Positions 28,985-38,588 of a DNA stretch of 64,000 nucleotides are shown in pieces (position 1 is the stretch's first letter; the number at the start of each line of letters is the position of its first letter). The DNA is from Sedimentisphaerales bacterium (GTDB lineage: Bacteria; Planctomycetota; Phycisphaerae; Sedimentisphaerales; Anaerobacaceae), in assembly GCA_040772485.1 (NCBI GenBank), contig JAXGYC010000007.1, positions 352,001 to 416,000 on the forward strand. The letters run 5' to 3'. Under the pieces are notes generated by a model. That model saw only the letters and a list, made by a program, of their open reading frames with translations, searched no databases and was not told the DNA's origin. The translations under genes and the position numbers were made by a program.

Positions 28985-29428
28985 ACTGTGGACGAATGAG
29001 CTTGTGGACCGCCCTGGAGTCATTTCAGCGGCAATTGGGTTTCGCTGCATAGGGTGGGAGCAGGCGGAGACGAGCATCGGGAGTTCGTCTCGAATGGTGG
29101 TTTAAGTTGCAGAGACACACGTGAACCGACGTGTTCCGGTCGAGATCCACTCGGTCTGATCGGGAGCAAACACGACGGCCAAGTGTGAATATCCAGTGAA
29201 ACGAAATCGACTCGCATCAGTCAATCGCGTCTCCGCGAGGGAGTGAGAGATTTGAGGACAGCATCAGCGAAGACCCCTTTCTTGCGGTGTCTGCAACGCC
29301 TCAGAGGGCGCGACCTGCAAGCGGTCTGGGTCCTGTCACGCTGATCGCCCCGTTCGTGGGTAAGGTTTCGCACCTCACTGTCGTTTCTTTGGAGCTTCCC
29401 TGCCACCTGCCTGCACAGCGTCCGCAGT
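28985..29428 (+). ncRNA. Large structured RNA containing one or two 6S-RNA-like rods
   Basis: Closing helix 28985-28994/29419-29428; rods 29064-29236 and 29242-29379 with nested complementarity; upstream of rny, a frequent ssrS context. Confidence 0.55.
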
Positions 29429-29469
29429 GAATGTTATCCGTCAACACTGTGTGTGGAAAGGTAGGAAAC

Positions 29470-31053
29470 ATGGACGCCATTTTGATGCAGGTGCTCACGC
29501 TCCAGGCCGGGATTGGCACGCTCGTAGGGTTTGCACTCGGCGTCTGCTTCTGGGCCATCATCCAGCAGATTGTCGCCAAGGCGCGGGCGAGGCAGAGAGC
29601 TGAGGACGTTCAGAGGCAGATCGATGGGGCGAACCGGGAAGCGGAGAACATCATCAAGTCCGCCCAGATCGAGGCGGCTGCGGAAGCCATCAAGAAGAAA
29701 GAGCAATTCACCGCCGAGGCCAACCAGATCCGGGGCGAACTGCGGGAAAACGAGATGCGGCTCTCCAAACGCGAGGACGCGCTGGATCGCCAGACCGAAC
29801 TGCTACAGAAGCAGGAGGCCGCCCTCAAAAAGCAGGAACAGGACGTCGAGCGAAGGCTGCGGAACACCGATCTGAAGGACAAGCAGCTTTCCGTGTTGAT
29901 CGCCCAGCAGAAGAACCAGTTGCTCAAGATCACCGCCATGGACGTCGAAGAGGCCCGCCAGCTCCTGCTCAAGCGTCTGGAGGACGAGTGCGAGCACGAG
30001 ATGTCTTCGCTGATCCAGCGCAAGGTCGAAGAGGCCCAGGAGATCGCGGACAGCAAGAGCCGTGAAGTGCTGAGCACCGCGATCCAGCGGTACGCCGCCG
30101 AGCAGACCTGCGAGGTAACGGTATCGACGGTGGACATCCCGAACGACGACATGAAGGGCCGGATTATCGGCCGCGAAGGCCGCAATATCCGTGCTTTCGA
30201 GAAGGCCACGGGCGTCGATGTGATCGTCGACGACACACCGGGCATGGTCGTCGTCAGCGGGTTCAACCCGGTTCGGCGTGAGGTTGCCCGGCTGTCCATG
30301 GAACGGTTGATCCAGGACGGGCGCATTCACCCATCCCGCATCGAAGAACTGGTGGCCCAGACCCGCAACGACGTCAACGCCAAGGTGCTCCAGCTCGGCA
30401 AAGACGCCGCGGTTGAAACCAACGTCCGGGGCCTGCCCAACAAGATCATCAGTCTCCTGGGGGCCTTGGCCTATCGAACCAGCTACGGCCAGAACGTGCT
30501 TCGCCACAGCGTTGAAGTCGCCTTTCTCAGTCAGGTGATGGCCGATGAGCTGGGCCTGGACGGCTCCGTCGCCCGGCGGGCCGGCTTGCTCCACGACATC
30601 GGCAAGGCGATCGATCACGACGTCGAAGGAAGCCATCCCGAGATCGGGACCAACTACCTCAAGCGATTCAACGAGTCCCCGATCGTGCTCAACGCCGTGG
30701 CGGGCCACCACGGGGACGTTCCGCCTGACAACCCCTACACCCCTCTCGTGGCGGCCGCCGACGCAATCAGCGCCTCGCGGCCCGGCGCCCGACGGGAAAC
30801 ACTGGAACGCTATATCAAGCGGCTGGAGAAGCTCGAGGAGATCGCCACCGGCTTCAAGGGTGTCGAGACCGCCTACGCGATTCAGGCCGGACGGGAGATT
30901 CGTGTCATTGCCAATGCCAACGAGGTGGACGACGAAGCCGCGATGAAGGTCGCACGCGACATCGCCAAGAAGGTCGAGGACGAGATGACCTATCCCGGCG
31001 AGATCCAGATCACCCTGCTGCGCGAGGTCCGCTGCATCGAATACGCCAGGTAA
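29470..31053 (+). CDS. rny: Ribonuclease Y
   Basis: N-terminal TM, coiled coil, KH domain (MKGRIIGREGRNIR), HD domain (LLHDIGK), ADAISASRPGAR. Confidence 0.97.
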   Translation: MDAILMQVLTLQAGIGTLVGFALGVCFWAIIQQIVAKARARQRAEDVQRQIDGANREAENIIKSAQIEAAAEAIKKKEQFTAEANQIRGELRENEMRLSKREDALDRQTELLQKQEAALKKQEQDVERRLRNTDLKDKQLSVLIAQQKNQLLKITAMDVEEARQLLLKRLEDECEHEMSSLIQRKVEEAQEIADSKSREVLSTAIQRYAAEQTCEVTVSTVDIPNDDMKGRIIGREGRNIRAFEKATGVDVIVDDTPGMVVVSGFNPVRREVARLSMERLIQDGRIHPSRIEELVAQTRNDVNAKVLQLGKDAAVETNVRGLPNKIISLLGALAYRTSYGQNVLRHSVEVAFLSQVMADELGLDGSVARRAGLLHDIGKAIDHDVEGSHPEIGTNYLKRFNESPIVLNAVAGHHGDVPPDNPYTPLVAAADAISASRPGARRETLERYIKRLEKLEEIATGFKGVETAYAIQAGREIRVIANANEVDDEAAMKVARDIAKKVEDEMTYPGEIQITLLREVRCIEYAR

Positions 31054-31098
31054 GCCGCGATACGGGGCGCGCCCGCGTCCGCTTGTCGAAAGGAAGCC

Positions 31099-31947
31099 AT
31101 GAGGCTGAACGTACTGTGCATCGGTGATATCGTGGGGCGACCGGGCCGACGGATTCTGGCGGACAAACTGAAGGCCTTTGTCCGCGAGCAGTCCATCGAC
31201 TGCGTCGTCGCCAATGCCGAGAATGCCGCCGGCGGGTCGGGACTGACGCCGCAGATCTACGACAAGCTGCTGCGTTACGGCGTCAACCTGATCACCCTGG
31301 GCGACCACGCCTTTCGCAAGCATGACATCATTGAGACTCTCGAACGGAACGACAACATCTGCCGGCCGGCGAACTTCTCCGAACATGCCGCCGGTCGAGG
31401 CATGGCATTGTATAAGACGGGCAAAGGACCTGTCGTGGGCGTTCTGACGCTGATCGGCAGGTTGTTCATGAAACCCGCGGACTGCCCCTACACGGCGGCG
31501 GACAGATGGATTCCGAAACTCCAGAAGGAGGCGGACATTCTGGTGGTGGACTTTCACGCCGAGGCTACCAGTGAGAAAATCGCGATGGGCTACCATCTCG
31601 ATGGTCGAGTGAGCTGCTGTTTCGGAACGCATACGCACGTGGTGACCGCCGACGAGCAGATTCTGCGCAAAGGCACGGCGTACATCAGCGATATTGGGAT
31701 GACCGGCGCACATGACTCGGTGCTGGGACGCAAGAGCGACTGCGTTCTGAAGTCCTTCCGGACCCAGATGCCGGTGCCATTCGAGATTGCCACGGGTGAT
31801 GTTCGGATCAACGGGGTCGTCGTCACGATCGACAGCAATACGCGTCAGGCCGAACGCATTGAACGCATCCGCATCGATGCCGACACCGAGGACGATGCAC
31901 GCTACGACAGCGACGACGGCCGGCCGGAATACTACAACAACTTCTGA
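31099..31947 (+). CDS. ymdB: YmdB/TIGR00282 metallophosphoesterase
   Basis: GDIVGRPGR, NAENAAGG, DFHAEATSEK, GTHTHV, DIGMTG; follows rny. Confidence 0.93.
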   Translation: MRLNVLCIGDIVGRPGRRILADKLKAFVREQSIDCVVANAENAAGGSGLTPQIYDKLLRYGVNLITLGDHAFRKHDIIETLERNDNICRPANFSEHAAGRGMALYKTGKGPVVGVLTLIGRLFMKPADCPYTAADRWIPKLQKEADILVVDFHAEATSEKIAMGYHLDGRVSCCFGTHTHVVTADEQILRKGTAYISDIGMTGAHDSVLGRKSDCVLKSFRTQMPVPFEIATGDVRINGVVVTIDSNTRQAERIERIRIDADTEDDARYDSDDGRPEYYNNF

Positions 31948-31973
31948 TCGCCCGAGCAAGCCGCTGCCACTGC

Positions 31974-33566
31974 TCAGCGGTCCTCTTGTTTCGCCTCCCC
32001 GAAAAAGGCCCGCAGCGTCGTGCCGGAGTAGCGATCGGTGCCCCTCAGCAGGATGTAGTAGGTTCCGGAGTTGGGATTATCGACTGTGACGGTTTCATTG
32101 TTGCCAATCAGATAGGGACGATAGTCCCATTCCCTGGTCGTCGGCTTGGCATTTCTGCGCACATACAGATCGACGTCACCGGTACCGCCCGAGGTGGAGA
32201 TCTGGAGTTTGGTCAGTCCGGTGGGAACCTCGATCCGGTAGCACGTCTCGCTGCCTGCAGTGCCGGACAGCCCACCGACGGAGACGCCATTGACCAGGGG
32301 AATCACCTTTTCGTCAGGTTCGTCATCCGACAGACTCGCGGTCAACGCTTCGGCCGTCGCGCCCGCCGTCAGGCGAAGGACGGCGCAGTTGGTGTAATCC
32401 ACCAGCCTGGGGGGGGTCGTCACACTGACGGAGACGGTCTTCGAATCGCTCAGGCCTGCTCCGTCGACCACCGTAATCGTTCCCGAGCGGACCTCGCCGC
32501 AGTCGATCAGGGTGCCATACTGACCGACCAGCTCCAGCTTGATCCAGTACTCGGCGCTCGACCAGTTTCCCGCGTTCCCGCTGGACAGGTCCAGGCTGAC
32601 GGTGAAATTCGCGGTGATGGTCGCTTGGGGGTCTGTATAATAATCCAACGTCGTCCAGACCATCTCATGCGTGGCCGAGATACTTGCCTCCTTTCCGCCG
32701 ACTGGCCCTTCGGCGGCGATGTCGGGCCACAGCCCGGTGTCGATGCTCGGATCCATCGGATAATAGTGTGAAACGTATCCATCGATGATCAAATCGCCGC
32801 TGCCGGCGATGGTGATGGCGGAGTGGGCCGGCTCTCCGCTCGAAGGCTGTGCAGCCAATCCGAGAAGCGTCACGTCTGCATAGGCGTCGTAGCCTTTGAG
32901 CATGATATACCAGGTTCCGGCGCCGGGGTTGTTGACAACCACGGATTCGCGATTGCCCACCAAGAACGGCCGATAGTCGTAGACATCCGTCGTCGGCATC
33001 GCGTCCTTCCTGACGTAGAGATCGCAGTCGCCAGTCCCTCCGGAGATGCTGATCTGGAGTTGGGATCGATTGGCGGGAACCACAAACTGATAGAACTGCT
33101 CGCTGCCGACTGCTCCGGAAAGGCCCGTCATGGGGGCACCGTTCGTCAGGACCGTCGCAACCGCGCCACAGGAGTACGTGGATTTCAAGGTCAGGCCCGA
33201 GTAATGAGTGAAGCCGCGAAGCATGATATGCCAGGTTCCTGCCTGCGGACTCGCAACAGCCACACTTTCTTCGTTGCCAATCTTGTAGGGCCGATGATCA
33301 TAGGCGGTTGTCGTGGGCTTGGCTTCTCTACGCACGTAGAGATCGCAATCGCCGGAGCCGCCCGAGATGCCGATGACAAGGTCGAGTTGTCCCTCAGGAA
33401 CCACGATCGTGTAAAACTGCTCACTCCCGGCAGCTCCGGAAATGTCGACAACCGGGATGCCGTTCTCCAGTTCCACGGTGCCTGCGAAAGTCACTGAAGC
33501 CAGCAAACAAACGGCCGCCCCAAGGACCATGGCGCCTCTCCGGCACGATCCACTCCACCCCTTCAT
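31974..33566 (-). CDS. Secreted protein with three PPC (pre-peptidase C-terminal) domains
   Basis: Signal peptide; three ISGG(S/T)GD(C/V)DLYVR...YD(H/Y)RP...GNxE...GT(W/Y)(H/Y)I(M/L)LxG units. Confidence 0.85.
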   Translation of the reverse strand: MKGWSGSCRRGAMVLGAAVCLLASVTFAGTVELENGIPVVDISGAAGSEQFYTIVVPEGQLDLVIGISGGSGDCDLYVRREAKPTTTAYDHRPYKIGNEESVAVASPQAGTWHIMLRGFTHYSGLTLKSTYSCGAVATVLTNGAPMTGLSGAVGSEQFYQFVVPANRSQLQISISGGTGDCDLYVRKDAMPTTDVYDYRPFLVGNRESVVVNNPGAGTWYIMLKGYDAYADVTLLGLAAQPSSGEPAHSAITIAGSGDLIIDGYVSHYYPMDPSIDTGLWPDIAAEGPVGGKEASISATHEMVWTTLDYYTDPQATITANFTVSLDLSSGNAGNWSSAEYWIKLELVGQYGTLIDCGEVRSGTITVVDGAGLSDSKTVSVSVTTPPRLVDYTNCAVLRLTAGATAEALTASLSDDEPDEKVIPLVNGVSVGGLSGTAGSETCYRIEVPTGLTKLQISTSGGTGDVDLYVRRNAKPTTREWDYRPYLIGNNETVTVDNPNSGTYYILLRGTDRYSGTTLRAFFGEAKQEDR

Positions 33567-33992
33567 CCCGACCCCTCTCTAAGCTCGAAAACCTCCGCCC
33601 CATCCCGTCCCTGGGCTCCAGGCAGATCGCCAATCTGCGAGGTCGTCCGATCCCCGCTGTAGTCAAACCTCATCGCGTGTCGTTACGCAGCCCCCGTGTC
33701 AATCGAGCCACCCTGTGTTCCGTATTCCTCCCCCCTGCTGCGGGACAACCGCACTGCAGCATCACCAACCTTCCTATTTTACCATGTTGTCGAACGGAAC
33801 ACCAGAGAATTTTTCATTTGCGTCAGGACATGCCCGGAGTGGCTGGTCCTTCGGCCTGCCGCAGAGGTCCGCAAAGACCGGTCTTGGCTCGGGGAAAACC
33901 AAAGAACCGCCCTATGGCACCTCAAGCCGAGGCGGGCGGTCAGCCTGGGACCACATGGAGATAGAACCGGACCTCTGGTCTTCGGGAAGGAC

Positions 33993-34301
33993 TCATGATC
34001 CGGCCGGCCGGCGTTTGGAACGGGCGGAAGCGGAGGGCCTCCGCGATCTCTTCCTGGTCTTGTTCAGCTTCAGTGCGAACTTGGTTTCTTCGCCGGTTTC
34101 CTCGTTGATCACGGCGAATTGCCCGGAGTCGTCTCGCTGCATCTGATCGTTGGCATTCAGCAGCTCGATTCCGTAAACCGTTCCATCGGGCGCCAGGTCG
34201 ATCACCAGTTCCTCACTGAGTTTGATGGACTCGGCATCGGTCTTCTTGTTCTTGAAGCGGATATAGCCGACGTTGTAGCGGGGATCGTACGTAAACTTCA
34301 T
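33993..34301 (-). CDS. DUF2283 family protein (putative antitoxin)
   Basis: MKFTYDPRYNVGYIRF...LVIDLAPDGTVYGIELLNA. Confidence 0.85.
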   Translation of the reverse strand: MKFTYDPRYNVGYIRFKNKKTDAESIKLSEELVIDLAPDGTVYGIELLNANDQMQRDDSGQFAVINEETGEETKFALKLNKTRKRSRRPSASARSKRRPAGS

Positions 34302-34323
34302 GCCGCCAGACCTTTCCAATCCA

Positions 34324-34575
34324 TCAGAAGTACCTCGTAACCACCGAAATCACCAACCAGCCGTCGTAGCGACGAATCGCATAAGCTTCGACCTGCTTGG
34401 TCTTGTACTGTTTTCCACGCCAGCGCCTCTTGAAAGGCACATTGCGACGAAAACCGACCCGGCCAAACTTGGCGTCAAACCGCTCACCAGCTTCGACCGC
34501 CAGTTTCACCTCTTCCTCGGTGGCGCCACGCTCGGCCAAACGGTCACGGGCATGGGGATGTAGATTGACCGTCAT
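34324..34575 (-). CDS. DUF4258-like protein (putative RelE-fold toxin)
   Basis: HPHARDRLAERGATEEEV...WLVISVVTRYF; immediately upstream of DUF2283. Confidence 0.75.
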   Translation of the reverse strand: MTVNLHPHARDRLAERGATEEEVKLAVEAGERFDAKFGRVGFRRNVPFKRRWRGKQYKTKQVEAYAIRRYDGWLVISVVTRYF

Positions 34576-34687
34576 AACGGAGACATCCTGCCGGACGCAA
34601 CCAAGGCATGCACCTGGAACTCGGTGGTGCCGATAATGTCAGTATAGCGAAACTGGGAATCGATCGCTACTGTTTTCTTCATGGATT

Positions 34688-35320
34688 CTACGTCAGAAAC
34701 GGGTTCGAGGCCTTTTCGCGGCCAATGGTCGTCCTCATGCCGTGTCCAGGGTAGACTGCCGTCCGCTCGGGCAGAACCAAAAGCTTCGTTCGGATGCTGT
34801 CGAGCAACTGATCCCAATCTCCGCCTGGGAAGTCGGTCCGCCCGACCCCGTCGGCGAAGAGCGTATCCCCGGCAAAAACAACGGCTTCTGTCCCGGCGTA
34901 GAGACAGATCCCTCCAGGGGTATGGCCCGGCGTGTGCAGCACCTTCAGAACGATGCCTGCCTCTTCGACCGTGTCGCCATCCTCCAGCAGCACCTCGGCC
35001 GGAGCAGCCTCAAACGGCAGCATGGCCATTTCGGAGAGGTTGGCCTGCGAGTCGGTCAGCATGGGGCCGTCCAGCTTGTGGATGTAGACCCTGAGCCCAG
35101 GGAACTTCGACCGCAAGGCCGCCAGACCCGCGATGTGATCGACGTGTCCGTGCGTCAGGATCACAGCCCTGGGCGTCAGATCGTGCTGGGCGAGAAACGC
35201 GAGCATGTCGCGACTGTCGAGCCCCGTGTCGATCACGAGACATTCCCGGGCCGACTCATCCGTGCGGACCACGTAGCAATTGGTCTGGAAATCGCCGAGA
35301 ATCAGCCGATCGATCTTCAT
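34688..35320 (-). CDS. MBL-fold metallo-hydrolase (glyoxalase II/YcbL-like)
   Basis: TNCYVV, THGHVDH, HTPGHTPG, GDTLF...GRTDFPGG, PGHG. Confidence 0.93.
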   Translation of the reverse strand: MKIDRLILGDFQTNCYVVRTDESARECLVIDTGLDSRDMLAFLAQHDLTPRAVILTHGHVDHIAGLAALRSKFPGLRVYIHKLDGPMLTDSQANLSEMAMLPFEAAPAEVLLEDGDTVEEAGIVLKVLHTPGHTPGGICLYAGTEAVVFAGDTLFADGVGRTDFPGGDWDQLLDSIRTKLLVLPERTAVYPGHGMRTTIGREKASNPFLT

Positions 35321-35344
35321 TCGTCCCCAGTCAGTGAATACGGC

Positions 35345-36496
35345 TTAGCCGGCGTTGGGATCGGCTGATTGGGCCGGGGCAGGCTCGGCAACCGGCGGGC
35401 TGCTCTCGGCGGGCGTCACAGCCTCCGCCGGCTTCTCTGGCGCCGGTTTCGCCTTGTCCTCCATCAGGTCCGCCTGCCGCTTGGTCAGGTAGTTGGCCTT
35501 CCATTCGGGAATCTGATAGACCCAACCCTTGTGCCGCAGTGTGAACCGCTGGGCCCGCTCCTGGGCCTGGAGTTTCGCCTCCTTCTTTTTGAGCTCCTCC
35601 TGCGACTCAACCTGGCCCGGCTTCATAGTGACCGGCGTCTTGTCCGTGAACTCCGCCTCACACGTCAGATAGGCCTTGCCGTCCTTTCGAGCGATCTGGA
35701 GGCGATACTCGGTGGAGTCATCCAGGCGGCAGACATACCGGTAATCGTAGCTCAGCTCGCCGACCGCCGAAGGGGTGTTCACGTCGTCAAACCGCAGGCT
35801 GTTGAGCCCTCCGAAAACGCTCTTGGCATCGCTGTCCTTGAGTTTCTTGTCCGCGGGCAAATCAGCCATGACGACGGCGTCGCCTTCGGCGCTCCTGAGG
35901 GTATACGAACCGTCCGGCGTGGTCACCGTGACCGAGTTGACGTCTTCCCGCTCCACCGAGGCAATCTCCTGATTGACGTAATCGATCGCCGTCGTGCGGA
36001 TGTAGGGAGCGCTCTCGGCCAGATACACCGTGTCCTGAGACGCCAGCCGGACGTAGGTGTTCTGCCCGCCTTCCAGGGCCTTGCCGATGATGACCCCGGT
36101 CAGAACAGCCCCGTCGCCCTTGAGGAACCTGACCACACTCTGCGCCTTCTCCTCGGTGACCTCAAGATCCTCATGGTTCTTCGGGTTACTGGTGTACGAT
36201 TCGAGGGTCTTGATGTCGAGGCACTTGGTAATCAAGTCGTTGATTCGCTTCGGGTCGGCGGGATAGTCGGCCTCGTTGACCACGCGGAACTGCTGTTCCC
36301 GCCTCTGAATCGTCACGGCACTGTCACCATGACCGACAACGATACTGTCGATCTCAGACGGGTCCAGCCCCTGGATCAGGTAGGACGGCCCCGAAGGTTC
36401 GACCGTCGAGCGACTCGACAGACGAGACTGAACGACGGCCCACGACACCATGATCGCGGCCACAATGGCCAGTATGCCAAGATTCCTGTTGCTCAT
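35345..36496 (-). CDS. DUF4340 domain protein (Gld-like ABC system accessory)
   Basis: N-terminal TM; YPADPKRI, IIGK...TYVRL; last gene of the gldA/F/G-like operon. Confidence 0.75.
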   Translation of the reverse strand: MSNRNLGILAIVAAIMVSWAVVQSRLSSRSTVEPSGPSYLIQGLDPSEIDSIVVGHGDSAVTIQRREQQFRVVNEADYPADPKRINDLITKCLDIKTLESYTSNPKNHEDLEVTEEKAQSVVRFLKGDGAVLTGVIIGKALEGGQNTYVRLASQDTVYLAESAPYIRTTAIDYVNQEIASVEREDVNSVTVTTPDGSYTLRSAEGDAVVMADLPADKKLKDSDAKSVFGGLNSLRFDDVNTPSAVGELSYDYRYVCRLDDSTEYRLQIARKDGKAYLTCEAEFTDKTPVTMKPGQVESQEELKKKEAKLQAQERAQRFTLRHKGWVYQIPEWKANYLTKRQADLMEDKAKPAPEKPAEAVTPAESSPPVAEPAPAQSADPNAG

Positions 36497-36560
36497 CTTA
36501 CAAGATCCCTTTATCGACGATTGACGATCGTTCAGGACCGATCCGCAATTCCCATCCGCG

Positions 36561-38588
36561 TTATGCATCACTCGCATGGCTGATGTAGTGCCGCCTGCGT
36601 ACGCTGCGCCAGATGCCCAGAACCAGCGCGATCAGCATGACCACTCCCGGCACGAGGCCCATGTTGAAACGACGCAGCACGTTGCCCAACTGCTCGATGC
36701 GCTCGCGACGTCGCGCGTTGACCTCGCGAAGCTGACGCTGGGCCTCGCGAATCTTCAACTCCAACTGCCTCTTCTTCTCGAGAAGCGAGCTGCCGATCAC
36801 CTCTTCCTGCGCGGCCTGACCGGAGTTGACGAGATCCTCCAGCTCCTTGTTGAACCCCTCGATCTGGGCGTTGATCAACGCGACCTCGTCGGCGGTCTCC
36901 TTCTCGGCCTGCTGCTCGATCTGGTCGACGACGGCGAACGGCCGTTTGTAATTGCCCCGCGACCGGATCGAAATCAGATCGCCGGACCCGCTCAGGTCCT
37001 CGATCGTGTTGATCAGCAGGGCGCTGTTGTCACCGACGACCATCTTGCCGAACAGCGATTGGGCGTAGGCCATCTGGTCGCTGAGAAAATCCACGTCGCT
37101 GAACACGGCCACCGCGCAGTCCGCAGTCGCCTCCTTCAGCCCGGTGATCTGCCTGGCGATCATCTTCGGCTCGTTCGGATCATCCTCGTCGTCCTCGTCC
37201 GCATCGTTGGCATCCGCCGCAGGCACCTCGATCTCGATGCCATCCGGGAAGCTGCTCTGGAAGCGTCCGGTGACCAGGTAGCCCATCGGAACGGGCTTGT
37301 TTCCCTCAATGAACTTGGCCATGAGCTTGTCCGGATCGGGGAACATCAGCTCGAACGAACTGCCGACGCTCCAACTGTTGCCCTTGTCCGTCGTCATGAT
37401 CAGGGGCGTGCGCGTGATTTGCGGCTCGTTCGCCGCAGCGACCTGATTAGGGTCGTCGCCGCCACCAGCCTGGTCGGCAGGCGCAATCTCCTGGAGCACA
37501 CCGGCAAACAGCACCCTGACTTCGTTGAGATCGGCGGTGATGACCTTCTCTTTGCTGAAGCATGGCGTCGTGAGCCCGAGGAAACCCATGATGGGCTGGG
37601 GACGCTGATTGGCGGCCAGAGGCGCCTCCAGCACAAGCGAGCGGTCGCCGGCAAAGGTGTTGGCCGGCATTTGAAGCCCCCACGTCCGCATCAGACGGTC
37701 GAGGTCCGAACTCTGCTTCTCCGCGGTCATCTGCATGGGGTTTCGCTGCGGCCGGTCCGCAATGCAGTGCGGATCGACGCACAGAATCGCCCGTCCGCCC
37801 TTCAGGATGAACTGGTCGATGGCAAACTGCGTCTTCTCCGGCAGGTCCTTGGGGTGGATCACCAGGAGGATATCGACGTCGTTGATGTCGTTCACGTCGG
37901 TCGCGACCTCGGTCACCTCGTACTTCTGCCGAAGCTGTTCCACAATCGTCCAGGCAGGCTTGGGCTGCTGGCCCTGCATCCGCATCATCTGGGCCATGTA
38001 GCCCGTGACGTCGTCGCCCATCACCCCCAGCGAGCTCATGATCCCCACCCGCTTCTTCTGCCGGGTGATCGCGGTATCGATCAGATAGCTGATGTCATAC
38101 TCGACAAAGTTCTGACGATCGGGCGAGAAGAACGGCACGGTCTTTTCCACACCGAACTGCGTCTGCACCGCCAGCCCGAAGAAGAAACTCTCCTCTTCGG
38201 TGATGGGGAACCGCCTCAGGCCCAGCCGCAGCGCCTGTTCTTCGTCTTCCGAGAACGGCCTCGGATCGATCACCTCCAACTGGACCATGCCCTTCGACGC
38301 GGCCACGTACTCTTCCAGCAGCGCCCGCACGAACTCATAGTAGTTGTCGAAGTAGCGAATCTGATCGGGCCCCTTCATGGCCGCCGTCTTGGCGTAGAAG
38401 AGCCTGACTTTGATCGGCTGATTGAGCCGGCCCAGAATCGCCTTGGTCCCGTCCGAGAGCGTATAGAGCTGCTGATCGGTGACGTCCACTTTCCACCGCC
38501 GTCCCAAATCCTGGCAGATGCTGATTCCGCTGAAGGCAATGACCAGGACCAGGACGGCCCCCACGATCGCGCGAATGGTCCGATTCAT
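36561..38588 (-). CDS. GldG-like ABC transporter auxiliary component
   Basis: DVTDQQLYTLSDGTKAIL, LLEEY, IDPRPFSEDE, EYDISYLI, AIDQFILKGG; N- and C-terminal TMs. Confidence 0.88.
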   Translation of the reverse strand: MNRTIRAIVGAVLVLVIAFSGISICQDLGRRWKVDVTDQQLYTLSDGTKAILGRLNQPIKVRLFYAKTAAMKGPDQIRYFDNYYEFVRALLEEYVAASKGMVQLEVIDPRPFSEDEEQALRLGLRRFPITEEESFFFGLAVQTQFGVEKTVPFFSPDRQNFVEYDISYLIDTAITRQKKRVGIMSSLGVMGDDVTGYMAQMMRMQGQQPKPAWTIVEQLRQKYEVTEVATDVNDINDVDILLVIHPKDLPEKTQFAIDQFILKGGRAILCVDPHCIADRPQRNPMQMTAEKQSSDLDRLMRTWGLQMPANTFAGDRSLVLEAPLAANQRPQPIMGFLGLTTPCFSKEKVITADLNEVRVLFAGVLQEIAPADQAGGGDDPNQVAAANEPQITRTPLIMTTDKGNSWSVGSSFELMFPDPDKLMAKFIEGNKPVPMGYLVTGRFQSSFPDGIEIEVPAADANDADEDDEDDPNEPKMIARQITGLKEATADCAVAVFSDVDFLSDQMAYAQSLFGKMVVGDNSALLINTIEDLSGSGDLISIRSRGNYKRPFAVVDQIEQQAEKETADEVALINAQIEGFNKELEDLVNSGQAAQEEVIGSSLLEKKRQLELKIREAQRQLREVNARRRERIEQLGNVLRRFNMGLVPGVVMLIALVLGIWRSVRRRHYISHASDA

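Noticed and set aside
28985..29428. RNase P RNA or tmRNA
   Set aside because: No GAGGAAAGTCC motif and no tRNA-like ends or tag reading frame
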